Shown: positions 8,738-19,255 of the stretch, piece by piece | How the letters are laid out: the number at the start of each line of letters is the position of its first letter | Numbering within the stretch: position 1 is the stretch's first letter | Source of the DNA: a virus | Taxonomy: Duplodnaviria; Caudoviricetes | Length of the DNA: 45,135 nt | Direction: 5' to 3' (one strand) | Virus record (IMG/VR): IMGVR_UViG_3300037311_000503 | Coordinates: 1-45,135 of that record | The notes under the pieces: generated by a model | Seen by the model: only the letters and a program-made list of their open reading frames with translations | What the model was told of the DNA's origin: nothing | Database searches by the model: none | Translations under genes and position numbers: made by a program

Positions 8738-10185
8738 CAAACGACACAAACCAGACGGCGACTGGGCAGGAAGCAACCGGCCAGTCTGCGGCGAACGCGG
8801 TTGCTCACGTGGCCGCCAGCGTGGCAGCCGACGTCGCGGCGGGGGGAATGTGGACCCGCGTGCACACGAACAGCGGCCAGAGCGTGGGCATGTTTGCAAG
8901 TGTGCGTGCGGCTATCGACGCTGCGCCGCCTGGTGCGGTTGTCACGCTGCCAGCGGGGAGCGTCGACCTGGGCGCGAGCCTGCACATCAACAAGCCGCTG
9001 ACCCTGCGCGGAACAACGCGCGTCAGCCCGACCTTTGGGCAGGGTGTGCTGCAAAACCTTACCTGCATCACGGGCATGCCCAAAGATGACGAAGAGGCGA
9101 TGATCTCGATCGCGCAGGGCTCGGGCATGGGAACCAGTGCGCCTCGCAGCGGCGTGGTGATTGAGCGCCTGCGGATTCGCTGCGATCGTGTGCCGGAGGT
9201 GAAGAGCTCTCAGCGTGCCAAGGAGGGCATTGACGGCATCCGCATTCGCGGTGGTGATGTTGGTACGGTGACACGGGTCGACATCATTGACTGCGATCTG
9301 TCGCATGGCAGCGGCGGCATCGCTATTCAGCTGACCAACGAAGGGCAGCCGGACAACAACCTGTTTGTGCGCATCGAGGGGTGCCACATCCACGACACAT
9401 TTCCGTCGATCATCGCGCTGGCTGATGGGCGCTTGCATCGCGCATCGCATTCGCAGGGCGTGTACTTTGCGGGCGGCACGATCACGATGACTCGGTGCGT
9501 GATTGAGCGCATCGGCTACGTGCGCGGATCGCGCATTTTCACACGGACCAACAAGAACCAGGGCGTGTACGGCGCGTCGGGGACATTCCTGCTGACCGAA
9601 AACGTGGTCAGCGACGTTTCGCACTGCTGCTATCAATACCGCGCGTGCATCGTGACCAGCATCGGGAACATCGCGGATTTGTCGCCGATGGGCTTTCAGT
9701 TTGGGCATCGTGAAAACGCGGACTACGCCAGGGCAGGGCGTGGCATTCTGGCCGTGGTCGTGTCTGAACGCGATCGCGTTCGGCGGCCCAGGCCCTTCCC
9801 GGATCGTCAGTTGGGAGGGCCGACGCTCGGCTGCGGCGTGCACTTTGACGACGCCGGGTCGATCCGTGTGCGTGATCTTGTGATCGATGGCGACGGCGGC
9901 ATCTTCGGCGGCTGGGGTGGCCTGCACCTGTCGCGCGTCAACGACACGATCATCGACGTCGATGGCATCGGGGTGCGTGGCTGGGCCAAGGGGCTGCACT
10001 GCAACTGGCCACTGGCTGCAAACGCTCGCCATCGCTGGCGGCGTGTGGTGTTGCGCGACTGCGAGCCGATGCTCTCAGTGCCGTGGCGCGACGAGGGGGA
10101 CCTCACGACCAAGATGGGCGGCAGGTGGGAAGCGTGCGAGCTGGGACCGCTGGCGGAAACGCTGACGGAGCAGCTGGTGGCGTAG
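8731..10185 (+). CDS. Right-handed parallel beta-helix (pectin-lyase-like) protein
   Basis: SVRAAIDAAPPGAVVTLPAG cap, INKPLTLRG, VVIERLRI, IEGCHIHD and HSQGVY motifs. Confidence 0.75.
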   Translation: MVANDTNQTATGQEATGQSAANAVAHVAASVAADVAAGGMWTRVHTNSGQSVGMFASVRAAIDAAPPGAVVTLPAGSVDLGASLHINKPLTLRGTTRVSPTFGQGVLQNLTCITGMPKDDEEAMISIAQGSGMGTSAPRSGVVIERLRIRCDRVPEVKSSQRAKEGIDGIRIRGGDVGTVTRVDIIDCDLSHGSGGIAIQLTNEGQPDNNLFVRIEGCHIHDTFPSIIALADGRLHRASHSQGVYFAGGTITMTRCVIERIGYVRGSRIFTRTNKNQGVYGASGTFLLTENVVSDVSHCCYQYRACIVTSIGNIADLSPMGFQFGHRENADYARAGRGILAVVVSERDRVRRPRPFPDRQLGGPTLGCGVHFDDAGSIRVRDLVIDGDGGIFGGWGGLHLSRVNDTIIDVDGIGVRGWAKGLHCNWPLAANARHRWRRVVLRDCEPMLSVPWRDEGDLTTKMGGRWEACELGPLAETLTEQLVA

Positions 10186-10229
10186 GCGAAGCGAGGCTTG
10201 GCGGGTCAGGTCACGGGACGGATCGGAGT

Positions 10230-12242
10230 GTGCGTGTGAGCGTGTTCGCGGGACACCCAGAGATTGCGCGGACGCTGGCGGATGTGCTCTCGCCGCCACC
10301 GTCGCTGCTGCCCAGCGAATGGGCGGAGCAGCACGTGGTGCTGTCGCGTGTGCAGAGTGCGTCGCGGCCTGGGCCATACTCGGTGGGCCACTGGCCCTGG
10401 CTGCGCGACACGCACGACCTGATGGCGCGTGAGCCGCACAAGCGCGGGCTGATCATGGTCAAGGCCGCGCAGATGGGCATCACGCGCGCGAGCCTGAACA
10501 TCGGCATGCACTTTGCCGCCAGTGTGGGCGGCAACGTGGGGATGTGCATCAAGGAAAAAGATGCGGCGGCGGACTTTGCGACCGACAACTTTGACAGTGT
10601 GGTGGAGCAGTCTCCCAAGCTCCGCCGCATCTTTGGCAAGGATGCACCCGGGGCCAAGGATCGCCGCGAGGTGCTCCTGAAAAAACCGCACCAGACGGGG
10701 GCGTTCTACTTCTTTGGTGCGGGCGCGACGATCGCGAGCTTGCCCTTCACCTTGATCATGGTCGATGAGTATGACATCTTCATGGATAACTACCCGTCCT
10801 CAGCAGCGGGCGATGGCTGGACGATGGTGCAGGGACGCGGCGACGCCAACCGCGCGATCGCGAAGCAGATGGCCTTTGGGCACCCGCGTCGCAAGTATGA
10901 AGGCATTCACGGGCTGTACATGGCCGAGAGCGATATGCGAAGCTGGGTGTGGGACTGCCCGCATTGCGGGCTGACGATCGATCCGCTGTGGAGGCTGGTG
11001 CGCTGTGGGGCGTACGCCGAAGTGACGGCGGGAATGCAGGCGGACTTAGACCCCGAGACCGCCTGGCTGATGTGCCCAGGCTGCAGCCGCGGCATCAGCG
11101 ACAGCGAGCGGGCCGCAACGTGCCAGACGCCACGCGATGGCGGCAGTGCGCGATATGAAACGATCGTGCCGGAGGGGTATCCGCTGACGAAAGAGCAGAT
11201 TGCGCAGCGCGAATACATCGGGCTGCGGCTGCATCGTCTGAGCGATCCTGGCGTGACGGTGCGCGAGATGGCACGCCGGTGGGTTGTCAAGAAAACGCCG
11301 CAGGAACGCATGGCCTGGCTGAACATGCAAGGCGAGCCTTATGAGGATGCGGGGCAGGCGCTGAGCGAGTCGCTGGTGACGGCGAGCATCGCGCGGATGC
11401 CGGTGATTGAGCTGCCCGGTGACCTTTCGCGCGGGGGGGTTGCGTACCTGACCTGCGGAGTGGACGTGCAGGCGCCGCGTGCAAACCCAACGCTGGTGAC
11501 AACGGTGTCGGCGTGGACGGTGCGCGGCATGCAGCTGGTGGTGGCGGCGCAGCGGCTGTCGGGGTTTGCATCTCTGGCCGAGTTTTTGCGGTCATTCCGG
11601 GTGCCGGTGACCTACGACAACCAGCCCAGCGGCGAGCTGCCGATTCGCCTGTGCGCAATCGACTGCGCGTACGAAACTCGCCAGGTGCTGGACTTTTGCA
11701 GGCAAACGATCGTGCCGGTGGCTGGCCACAGGCCGGTGCTGATGGCCGCCCTGCGGTTTGCCCCGCACGTGACGGCGGACGCACCAGCGGTGGAGCCACG
11801 CGAAGAAAAACGCACCGATCCGATGAGGCCGCACCTGGGCCCGCTGCAGATGCGCGAGCTGCATAGGCACAGCTGGGTGGACCGCGCGATCAAACGATTG
11901 CAGGCCGAGCCCGCGCGGGTGCGCGTGCTGTGCGATGTGCCGCCAGACTGGGCTGCTCACCACACGGCCAACGTGATGACGCCGGTGACAACGGCGAAGA
12001 CGCGCTGGGAGCCCGGGCACGAGGAGTGGACGAAGATCAAAGACCGCCGCGATGACTGGATGATGGCCAACGTGTACGCCGAGGCTGGCGCCGCGCTCTG
12101 GTTGCAGCTTGACCGGTTGTTTGAGTTGGTGACAGCACCTGCGCCAAACCACGGGCAGCAGCCCGCGTCAGGCCCGGCAGCACGCAACCGACGCGAGGGG
12201 TACTTGGGGGTCGATCGCAGCCGGGGATGGTTGTCGTCGTAG
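10230..12242 (+). CDS. terL: Terminase large subunit, lambda GpA family
   Basis: PSEWAE, KAAQMGIT, MVDEYD, CPHCG/CPGC zinc motifs, GVDVQ, AIDCAY. Start uncertain. Confidence 0.92.
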   Translation: MRVSVFAGHPEIARTLADVLSPPPSLLPSEWAEQHVVLSRVQSASRPGPYSVGHWPWLRDTHDLMAREPHKRGLIMVKAAQMGITRASLNIGMHFAASVGGNVGMCIKEKDAAADFATDNFDSVVEQSPKLRRIFGKDAPGAKDRREVLLKKPHQTGAFYFFGAGATIASLPFTLIMVDEYDIFMDNYPSSAAGDGWTMVQGRGDANRAIAKQMAFGHPRRKYEGIHGLYMAESDMRSWVWDCPHCGLTIDPLWRLVRCGAYAEVTAGMQADLDPETAWLMCPGCSRGISDSERAATCQTPRDGGSARYETIVPEGYPLTKEQIAQREYIGLRLHRLSDPGVTVREMARRWVVKKTPQERMAWLNMQGEPYEDAGQALSESLVTASIARMPVIELPGDLSRGGVAYLTCGVDVQAPRANPTLVTTVSAWTVRGMQLVVAAQRLSGFASLAEFLRSFRVPVTYDNQPSGELPIRLCAIDCAYETRQVLDFCRQTIVPVAGHRPVLMAALRFAPHVTADAPAVEPREEKRTDPMRPHLGPLQMRELHRHSWVDRAIKRLQAEPARVRVLCDVPPDWAAHHTANVMTPVTTAKTRWEPGHEEWTKIKDRRDDWMMANVYAEAGAALWLQLDRLFELVTAPAPNHGQQPASGPAARNRREGYLGVDRSRGWLSS

Positions 12243-12275
12243 TGCGATGTTTCGCACTCCGGTGTTCTCGTAAGC

Positions 12276-12587
12276 ATGGGTGTGTTTGGTAAGAACAAAA
12301 TGCACTTTTTCAAAGTGCTTTGCTGTACTCGTCGGGGTTTGGGCTCGATGATTTCGCTCACTGGTGCGCCGGGGAATGAGGCTATGGGGAACGATGCGAG
12401 CGCTTTGACGACAAAGCAGCGTGCGGCGGAGGCATGGGCGATTGTGGAGCTGCGGCTGTCCATGCAGCGTGCCGCTTGTCGACGGCAACGACGCAAACAG
12501 ACGAGCCAGGCGATGATTGTCGCGGTGTCACCGACACGATTGCGACGGCAACGGCTCGCGGCGGCGAAGATGCGGGGTGCGGCATGA
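12276..12587 (+). CDS. Small basic hypothetical protein
   Basis: Stop overlaps the ATG of the next gene; the true start may be later. Confidence 0.4.
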   Translation: MGVFGKNKMHFFKVLCCTRRGLGSMISLTGAPGNEAMGNDASALTTKQRAAEAWAIVELRLSMQRAACRRQRRKQTSQAMIVAVSPTRLRRQRLAAAKMRGAA

Positions 12588-13459
12588 TTCGCCGTGGCCA
12601 GTTGTGTGCACCGAGCGCGGGCACGCAAAGGAAGCAAAGCCGACGAGCGACAAAGGGCACGGCGGCAATCATGCGGAGCGAAGGCACTGCGCCGGGGGTG
12701 TACGTCAGTCGGTGGCCGGACAGATTTGCGAATGCAGACGAGGCTGTTTTAGCCGTTCGACACCTGGCGGGGAAGGCGTGGCAAAGTCTGAGGCCCGCGA
12801 TGGACCGCGAGGACTTTGTGCAGGAAGTCTGTGCGGATTTTTTGGCCAAGTTTCGGTGGCATCTGCATCCGCAACCATCGCGCGGACTCGTCATTGCTTA
12901 CTCAAAGCTCTTGTGTGCTTCGGTTCGCACACGATCGATTCGGGGCGCGAGGCTTCGAGCTCGCGTTCAGAGTGCGATGGTGCAAACCAGCGCGTCGGGA
13001 AAGGCGCGAGGAAGGCGAGCGTTGAGCCAAGGGGCCGATGTGCGATTTTCGAGTGGCGATGTTGGCAGCGAAGGGGCGAATCGGGCCTTGCACTTGCGGG
13101 CGGCAATGCTGGCGGTTGCGCTGGTGCCCACACGCTACACGCCAGCGCTCTGGATGCTCATGCGAGGCGAGTCAGTCGCCGGAGCTGCGCGACGGACTGG
13201 CGTGCGGACACAGTCGCTGCAGGGGGTTCTTGTCACACTTGCTGCAAAGATTTCAGTGTTTGCCGATGTGGCAGAGGGATGGGCCCCTGCTGAACGCCTC
13301 GCGGAAAAACACGAGCGAGCAAGGGCGGGCGTGAACGAGAGCAAGCTCGGCGGCGTCGCGCTGGCGGCAAAGCTGCGCGGTGCAAACAGGCTACTCCGCG
13401 CGATTGGGGAGCCGGGCGTCTCTGCGAGCACCACAGCCAACGCAAAGCAGCCGCTGTGA
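12584..13459 (+). CDS. Sigma70/ECF-like transcription factor
   Basis: Region-2-like DREDFVQEVCADFL and region-4-like HTH RGESVAGAARRTGVRTQSL. Confidence 0.55.
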   Translation: MIRRGQLCAPSAGTQRKQSRRATKGTAAIMRSEGTAPGVYVSRWPDRFANADEAVLAVRHLAGKAWQSLRPAMDREDFVQEVCADFLAKFRWHLHPQPSRGLVIAYSKLLCASVRTRSIRGARLRARVQSAMVQTSASGKARGRRALSQGADVRFSSGDVGSEGANRALHLRAAMLAVALVPTRYTPALWMLMRGESVAGAARRTGVRTQSLQGVLVTLAAKISVFADVAEGWAPAERLAEKHERARAGVNESKLGGVALAAKLRGANRLLRAIGEPGVSASTTANAKQPL

Positions 13460-13478
13460 CGGAACGCAGACCGGAGGG

Positions 13479-13509
13479 GGGTACAACTGGCGAGTTGTGG
13501 CATGATTGG
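13479..13509 (+). promoter_or_regulatory. Putative late promoter GGGTAC-N10-TTGTGGCATG-N-TTGG
   Basis: Same motif with identical spacing at 21924; immediately precedes the head operon. Confidence 0.55.
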
Positions 13510-13512
13510 CCC

Positions 13513-13722
13513 ATGAGCCAGACACCAGAGCAGTTGCGAGACAAGTTGGAGGATGGTCTCGCCAAAGCGGCGACGGCCCAGCGGTATCGCCTGCCCGACG
13601 GCACCGAGGTCGTTCGGGCGAATGTCGCGGATTTGGTGTCGGTGCGAGAAAAGCTGAAGATCGAGGAGGCCCGGGCAAAGCGGGGGGCGAAGTTTGTGCC
13701 GGTGGCCCTGCGGCAGGGATAG
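13513..13722 (+). CDS. gpW-like head-tail joining protein
   Basis: 69 aa with AQRYRLPDGTEVVRANVADL, directly before a lambda-type portal. Confidence 0.75.
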   Translation: MSQTPEQLRDKLEDGLAKAATAQRYRLPDGTEVVRANVADLVSVREKLKIEEARAKRGAKFVPVALRQG

Positions 13723-13802
13723 CGGACGGAGATCGGGGTTGGTGCGGGCGAATAGAAGACGGGGACGCGGCGGCAGGACTTTGGGGAAAGGAAACCGGGG
13801 AA

Positions 13803-15695
13803 GTGTCGAAACCAAGCAACGACAACATGTCGGCGGTGGCGGCGGCTGCAAAGGCCGCTGCTGGTTTGTTGTGGTTCCGTCGTCGTTCGGCGAGTGATCG
13901 TGGTGATGGTGCGGGTGGAGTTCGTTTGCTTGCGCGGGTGCACATGCTCCAGCGTCGCTTGCGATCGGCGTTGCGAGGGAAAGCTGGTGAGCTGACCTCA
14001 TGGATTGCCGGAGAGAGCCCGCTGGGTTACGACGCTGGGCGGCATTCGCGCCTCGACGCTGGCTATGTGCCGCGCAACCTGGGGCCCAACGCGCTGGGGC
14101 AAGAAACCCTCGAGCTGCTGCGGGCTCGTAGTCGGCATCTGGTTGACAACAATCCAATCGTCGGCGGGGCGTTGCAAACGCACACCGACAACATCGTCGG
14201 GCGCGGCATCGACGTGCGGCCCATGACGGGGATCGAAGAGCTGGACCGCGAGCTTGCGCGGCGATGGAAGGCCTTTGCCGAGGGTGTGGACCCATCGCGC
14301 ACGCTGACACTGCGGGACCACCAGCGGCTGTTTTGCACCGAGCTGCTTGCGTCGGGTGAGGTGTTGGTCGTTGACAGCATTGTGCCCGCGCGGGCGAGCA
14401 CGCGCGGGGAGTGGGCGCGTGGGCCTGCGGTGGAGCTTGTTGAGGCCGAGCGCCTTGACGTGGGCTTTGTTGCAAGCGGCGGGACAGTGATTGAAAGCGC
14501 GAGCGGCAATGGACGCCAGCGCGTGGCGGCGCAGGTGCCCGAGGAGCACACGGTGCTGCAGAGCGTGGAGCTGGATGCCAGCGGCGTTCCGGTTGCGTAC
14601 TGGGTGCGCGAGGCACATCCGCGCGACCTGGTTGCAGGACTGGTGGCCCAGCCGCTGCTGGTGACGTCGCGGAGGCGTGTGGCGACCGACCGCGCGAGGT
14701 TGTGTTTCGTGATGCGCCGCCCCAAGCAGCTGCGCGGTGTGCCATGGACAGCCAAGATCATCGCCGATAGCCGCATGGAGAGCGGGTTCTTGGAAGCAAG
14801 CCTGGTGCAGGCTCGCATCGCGGCGTGCACCGCGCTGGTGTTTGCCGAGGATGGCGACACGGGCCCGCTGGCGGCGGGTGTCGGCAACGGTGCCAACGGG
14901 GCCAGTGGCGAGGGAGCCGAGAACGAGCACTTTGTCGACTCGACCGGCAAGCCGATTACCGAGCTGTCGCCCGGGCTGATTGGTTTCAGCAGCAAGGGCG
15001 AGCCCAAGGTGGTGGGCAGCAACCTGCCTGCGCCGGGGCTGGAGATGGTGTGCCGGATGATGCACAACCGCCAGGCTGCTGGGCTGGGCATGAGCGCGGC
15101 GGAGGTAAGCCGCAACTACAAAGGCACGACCTTTAGTGCGGCCCGCACCGAGCTGCTGTCGACGATGCGGGGCGTGCATCCCATGCAGGCATACGTGTAC
15201 GAAAACAGCACGCGCCCGCTGTATCGCACGTGGGTGTGGTGGCTTGTGACCAGCGGGCAGTTGCAACTGAAGGCTGAATACCGCAAGAAGCTGGGCCCGC
15301 AGCTCGAGCAGCTGTATGAGTGCATGCCGACCTATCCGGGGACGGATTGGGTGAACCCCGCTCAGGAAGCGGCGGCGGCGGAGACGGAGCTTGCATTGGG
15401 TATTGTGTCGCGCACGCAGCTGTGCGCGGCAAAGGGCCGCAACTTTGAAGAGGTGCTGCAGCAAACGCTGTCGGAAGAGCTCCGCGAGAAGCAGCTGCGA
15501 GAAAAGATGGGACTGCCCCCGCGCGTATCTCCGGCAACCGCCCTCGCACAGAACGGGCAGGCGGCAAACGTGGACGAACAGACGGGTGAGCAGGCCCGTG
15601 ATGATGCTGGTGAGGAGGCTGGTGATCAAGCTGGTCGTGAGCCAGACGAGGAGAACACGCAGGACAACGCACGCACGGAAAGCGAGGCAGCATGA
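13803..15695 (+). CDS. Portal protein, lambda family
   Basis: LRARSRHLVDNNP, GEVL, PVAYW, QLRGVPW, FSAAR and WVNP motifs. Confidence 0.93.
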   Translation: MSKPSNDNMSAVAAAAKAAAGLLWFRRRSASDRGDGAGGVRLLARVHMLQRRLRSALRGKAGELTSWIAGESPLGYDAGRHSRLDAGYVPRNLGPNALGQETLELLRARSRHLVDNNPIVGGALQTHTDNIVGRGIDVRPMTGIEELDRELARRWKAFAEGVDPSRTLTLRDHQRLFCTELLASGEVLVVDSIVPARASTRGEWARGPAVELVEAERLDVGFVASGGTVIESASGNGRQRVAAQVPEEHTVLQSVELDASGVPVAYWVREAHPRDLVAGLVAQPLLVTSRRRVATDRARLCFVMRRPKQLRGVPWTAKIIADSRMESGFLEASLVQARIAACTALVFAEDGDTGPLAAGVGNGANGASGEGAENEHFVDSTGKPITELSPGLIGFSSKGEPKVVGSNLPAPGLEMVCRMMHNRQAAGLGMSAAEVSRNYKGTTFSAARTELLSTMRGVHPMQAYVYENSTRPLYRTWVWWLVTSGQLQLKAEYRKKLGPQLEQLYECMPTYPGTDWVNPAQEAAAAETELALGIVSRTQLCAAKGRNFEEVLQQTLSEELREKQLREKMGLPPRVSPATALAQNGQAANVDEQTGEQARDDAGEEAGDQAGREPDEENTQDNARTESEAA

Positions 15696-16711
15696 GCAAG
15701 CAAGCGGGACAGGTCGCTGTGCTCGCGGGCGCACGTTGGCATCGCAGCATCGCCGATAGCGTGCTGAGCTCGCCCTGGGCAATCGCCCAGGACTATGCCG
15801 CGCAGCTGCGGTACCAGGCGGCGACGGGCGCGTGGGCCAACATCGAGGGCGGGCGGCCCAAGGCGATGGATGATGAGGATGAAGTTGCGGTGATGCGCCT
15901 GCGGGTGGACGAAGACGACAAGCCGCTGTATCTGTCGCAGGGCGGCATCTGCGTGGTGCCGATCGTGGGGCCGGTGACCAAGTATGCGTCCTACTGGCAG
16001 CGGTTCTTTGGGGGCACCAGCAGCGAGCAGATTCGCCGCGCCTTTGATGCGGCCTGCGGCGATAGCACCATGCGAGCGGTGCTGCTCCACATCGACAGCC
16101 CTGGCGGCGAGGTCTACGGCGGGTTTGAGCTTGCCGAGCACATGCTCGAGCGGCGAAGGGCTGGCGTGCCGCTATATGCCCGCGTGTCGGACGTGGGGGC
16201 AAGCCTGGGCTATACGTTCGCGAGCTGCGCCCAAGAGGTGTGGGGGAACGCGACGGCGACAGTGGGCTCGATTGGCGTGTACCGCATGCTGGCAGATAGC
16301 AGCAAGGCGTATGCGGACGCAGGGTATGTGATGCACCTGCTGCGCAGTGGGCCCAACAAAGGCAGCGGCGCAGAGGGCGTGCCAGTCTCGGCTGAAGAGC
16401 TGGCCGTGATGCAAACCGAGATTGATGACCTGCACGCGTGGATGGTTGCGCATATCGCTGCGGGGCGACCCAAGCTCGCCAGGTCGATGGCGACGGTTGC
16501 GGATGGACGAGTGTTTGTCGGAGCACGTGCGGTTGAATCCGGGCTGCTGGACGGCATGTGCAGCATGCAGAGCATGCTGTCGCGGCTGCAATCGCTGCAT
16601 GGTGGCGGACAGGGGCGGACTGAATCGCGGGCGAACGGACACGCTGCGACGGGCACGATGCAGCGTGGTGCAAGCCGAACGGAGATTGGGCTGAGAGATT
16701 TGCTGGGCTGA
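15692..16711 (+). CDS. S49 prohead protease (gpC/SppA-like)
   Basis: IDSPGGEV, ASLGY, GSIGV and GRVFVG motifs. Confidence 0.92.
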   Translation: MSKQAGQVAVLAGARWHRSIADSVLSSPWAIAQDYAAQLRYQAATGAWANIEGGRPKAMDDEDEVAVMRLRVDEDDKPLYLSQGGICVVPIVGPVTKYASYWQRFFGGTSSEQIRRAFDAACGDSTMRAVLLHIDSPGGEVYGGFELAEHMLERRRAGVPLYARVSDVGASLGYTFASCAQEVWGNATATVGSIGVYRMLADSSKAYADAGYVMHLLRSGPNKGSGAEGVPVSAEELAVMQTEIDDLHAWMVAHIAAGRPKLARSMATVADGRVFVGARAVESGLLDGMCSMQSMLSRLQSLHGGGQGRTESRANGHAATGTMQRGASRTEIGLRDLLG

Positions 16712-16819
16712 TGAAGTGATTGGTGGGCGTGATATTTGGGTGTCAGATTTGGGTGAGCGGGGCATTGTGTGCCAGCTGCCCGCAAGTGACCGCCACATGG
16801 CGGCGAAAGGAAGGCACGA

Positions 16820-18484
16820 ATGTTGAGGCGGCTTTTGTCGGGTCTTGCGTTGTTGATGACTCCGGATGCTGGTGGCGGCGGTGGTGCTGGTGGCGGGAGT
16901 GTTGGCGGCGCAGTCGCGGAAGCGCCGCGCCAGCCGCTAGCAGCCGAGGTGCAGCAAGCCATCGGTGCCGCAGTCTCTGAGGCTGTTGCCAAGGCGCTGC
17001 CCGCGATGGCGACGCAGATTGGGCAGGCCACACTTGCCGCTGCTCGTGAGCAGGCTGCGGGGGAAGCTGCTCGAGTGTCGGCTATTGAAACGGCGGCGTC
17101 GCGCTTCGCAAGCGTGCCTGGTGTCGCGGACCTGGTCACACAGGCCAAGGCGGCAGGCATCAGCGAGCAGGCGTTTGCAACCAAGCTGCTCGACGTGGTT
17201 GCGGCGTCGCATCAGCCCCTGGGTGGTGCGCCGGTGGCAGGAGAGTTTGGCAGCTTGACGGCGGCAGACGTGGCTGTTGGCCAGAGCGGGGCGGCCTTGC
17301 AGCGCGAGCGCATCGCCAATGGCTTGGTGGCCCAGCACAACCCCGAGATCATGAATGCACTCATGGAAGGGGGCGAGCGTGGGAACAAGGTGGCGCAGGC
17401 CCTTGGCTACGAGACAAGCAATGCTGGCTTGAATGCGCTGTCGGGCGCGCAGCGTGAGTTTGGCGGGATGCGGCTGCAGCACGCGGCCTCCGCCTGCTTG
17501 CGCGCGGACAAGCTGCCGAGCTGGGCACGCACAGTCAACGGCACGCTGCGCCTCGACGGGCAGCAGCTGGCCGCGTTCGCGTTTAGCCACGGCACCAGCG
17601 ACTTCCCGGAGCTGACGGCGAACGTGATGCGCAAGAGCATGGCGGGCGTGTTTGCGGCGGTCAATCCGATCTGGCGGTCGATTGCTCGCAAGGGCAGCAG
17701 CCCAGACTTCAAAGAGCGCTCGGTTGTGACGCTCTCTGAGATCGGCGATTTGCAGGCGATTCCCGAGGGTGGCAGCGTCGTCAACACGACCATCAGCGAG
17801 CGTGGCGAGCGGATTGGTTTGACGACGTTTGCACGCGGCATCAGCGTGACGCGGCAGCTGCTCATCAACGATGACATGGGCGGGTTTACTGCCTTGCCTG
17901 CGGCCTTTGCGCGAGCGGCGGCCCGCGCACCCGATCAGCTGGTGGCGGACCTCATCAACAACAACAGGAACCTCCGCAGCAACAACCAGCCCTTCTTCAA
18001 CGAATCGGTCCACGAAAACCTCGACCCAACCCCCGCTGCCCTGAGCTTTGCGAGCCTTGAGCGCATGATTACCGCGATGCGGAATCGGCGTGCCTGGATG
18101 AACCCGCAGGCCTTTCAAGAGGTCTCGCCGCACGTGCTGCTGGTGCCCGCGTCGCTGGAGTTTTACGCCAAAAAAATGCTGGCGTCGACGACGGTGTTTG
18201 ATGGGCGCACGGCCAACCGCACGGACAAAGAGCCCAACGTGCTGCCGGGGTACTTGCCGGGCGGCGTCGTCGGCACGGCTCGCCTCACGGGCAACGGCTA
18301 CACGCTGTTTGCCAACCCCAGCGAGCAGCCTGCGATTGAGGTCAACTTCCTCAATGGCAACGAGAGCCCGACGATCTCGTTCATCGACACGGGCAGCCAG
18401 CTGGGCCTGACGTACGAGGTGATCTTTGACCTTGGTGTGGCGTGGGTGACGCCCGAGGCGGCGTACCGCAATGCGGGCGTCTAA
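16820..18484 (+). CDS. Major capsid protein (Mu gpT-like) with N-terminal scaffold-like region
   Basis: TSDFP, PDFK, TRQLLINDD and LLVPASLE motifs; AAGGAAGG SD. Confidence 0.9.
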   Translation: MLRRLLSGLALLMTPDAGGGGGAGGGSVGGAVAEAPRQPLAAEVQQAIGAAVSEAVAKALPAMATQIGQATLAAAREQAAGEAARVSAIETAASRFASVPGVADLVTQAKAAGISEQAFATKLLDVVAASHQPLGGAPVAGEFGSLTAADVAVGQSGAALQRERIANGLVAQHNPEIMNALMEGGERGNKVAQALGYETSNAGLNALSGAQREFGGMRLQHAASACLRADKLPSWARTVNGTLRLDGQQLAAFAFSHGTSDFPELTANVMRKSMAGVFAAVNPIWRSIARKGSSPDFKERSVVTLSEIGDLQAIPEGGSVVNTTISERGERIGLTTFARGISVTRQLLINDDMGGFTALPAAFARAAARAPDQLVADLINNNRNLRSNNQPFFNESVHENLDPTPAALSFASLERMITAMRNRRAWMNPQAFQEVSPHVLLVPASLEFYAKKMLASTTVFDGRTANRTDKEPNVLPGYLPGGVVGTARLTGNGYTLFANPSEQPAIEVNFLNGNESPTISFIDTGSQLGLTYEVIFDLGVAWVTPEAAYRNAGV

Positions 18485-18491
18485 TCGGTAA

Positions 18492-18517
18492 CTGCCCAGG
18501 CAGCGATGCCTGGGCGG
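18492..18517 (+). terminator. GC-rich hairpin after the capsid gene
   Basis: CTGCCCAGGCA-GCGA-TGCCTGGGCGG; weak U-tract. Confidence 0.5.
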
Positions 18518-18619
18518 CCTTGCACGTGTGCAACGGCAAAAGTGGCCTTTGGTTCGGGACAGAACAACACAATGCGTGCATGGTGAGGAACCTGCACGTT
18601 TGGAAAGGACAGGTAGACG

Positions 18620-19189
18620 ATGCGTAGTCAGGTGATTCCGTATCCGCAGTCGCGGATTTTGAACTGGACGAACAACACGGCGGCGGCGGTGCCAGCCGAT
18701 CGTCCGCTGTTTTTGGGTGGGCTTGGGTTTGGCATGCCGGTGACGACGATTCCGGTCGGCGCGCTTGGGGCCGTGCAGTTGGCAGGGCGGTTTACGTTTG
18801 CCAAGGCGACTGGCGTGGGCACCGCGCTGGCGGTTGGTGAGCAGGTGGGCTGGGACTTTGCCAACAACCGCCTGCGAAAGAGCGCGTTTGGCTTGGGCGT
18901 CGTGACGCGAGCGGCGGCGGATGGTGAAAACTCCGCCGAGGTCGAGCTGACGAATCCGGGCGAGTTGTCCGTGCGAGCGGTTGGCAACGCCTCTGGTGCG
19001 GGCGCGACGGTGGACTTTGGCACCGGCATCACGCCCCCTGGTGGCTACACGGTGACGGTGATAGCCGCCGATGGCACGCAGCGTGTGGTGTCGAGCGTGA
19101 CCAGTCTGACTGGCCCCGCTGGGCGCGTGACGATCGTCACTGCGGCAGGTGCGGCGACCGATGTGGTGCTGGTGCGGGCGCTGTACTAG
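18620..19189 (+). CDS. DUF2190-like capsid cement/decoration protein
   Basis: GALGAVQLAGRFTFAK and VGEQVGWD motifs; follows the capsid gene. Confidence 0.75.
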   Translation: MRSQVIPYPQSRILNWTNNTAAAVPADRPLFLGGLGFGMPVTTIPVGALGAVQLAGRFTFAKATGVGTALAVGEQVGWDFANNRLRKSAFGLGVVTRAAADGENSAEVELTNPGELSVRAVGNASGAGATVDFGTGITPPGGYTVTVIAADGTQRVVSSVTSLTGPAGRVTIVTAAGAATDVVLVRALY

Positions 19190-19255
19190 CGGGTGTTTGA
19201 AGACTCCTTTTTCCCACTGCTGCACGTGGCCCAATGGGCCCGTGCGGCGGTTTTC

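Noticed and set aside
12302-12318. GCACTTT-TTC-AAAGTGC inverted repeat as the cos site
   Set aside because: It is downstream of terL rather than upstream of terS; at most a local regulatory site.
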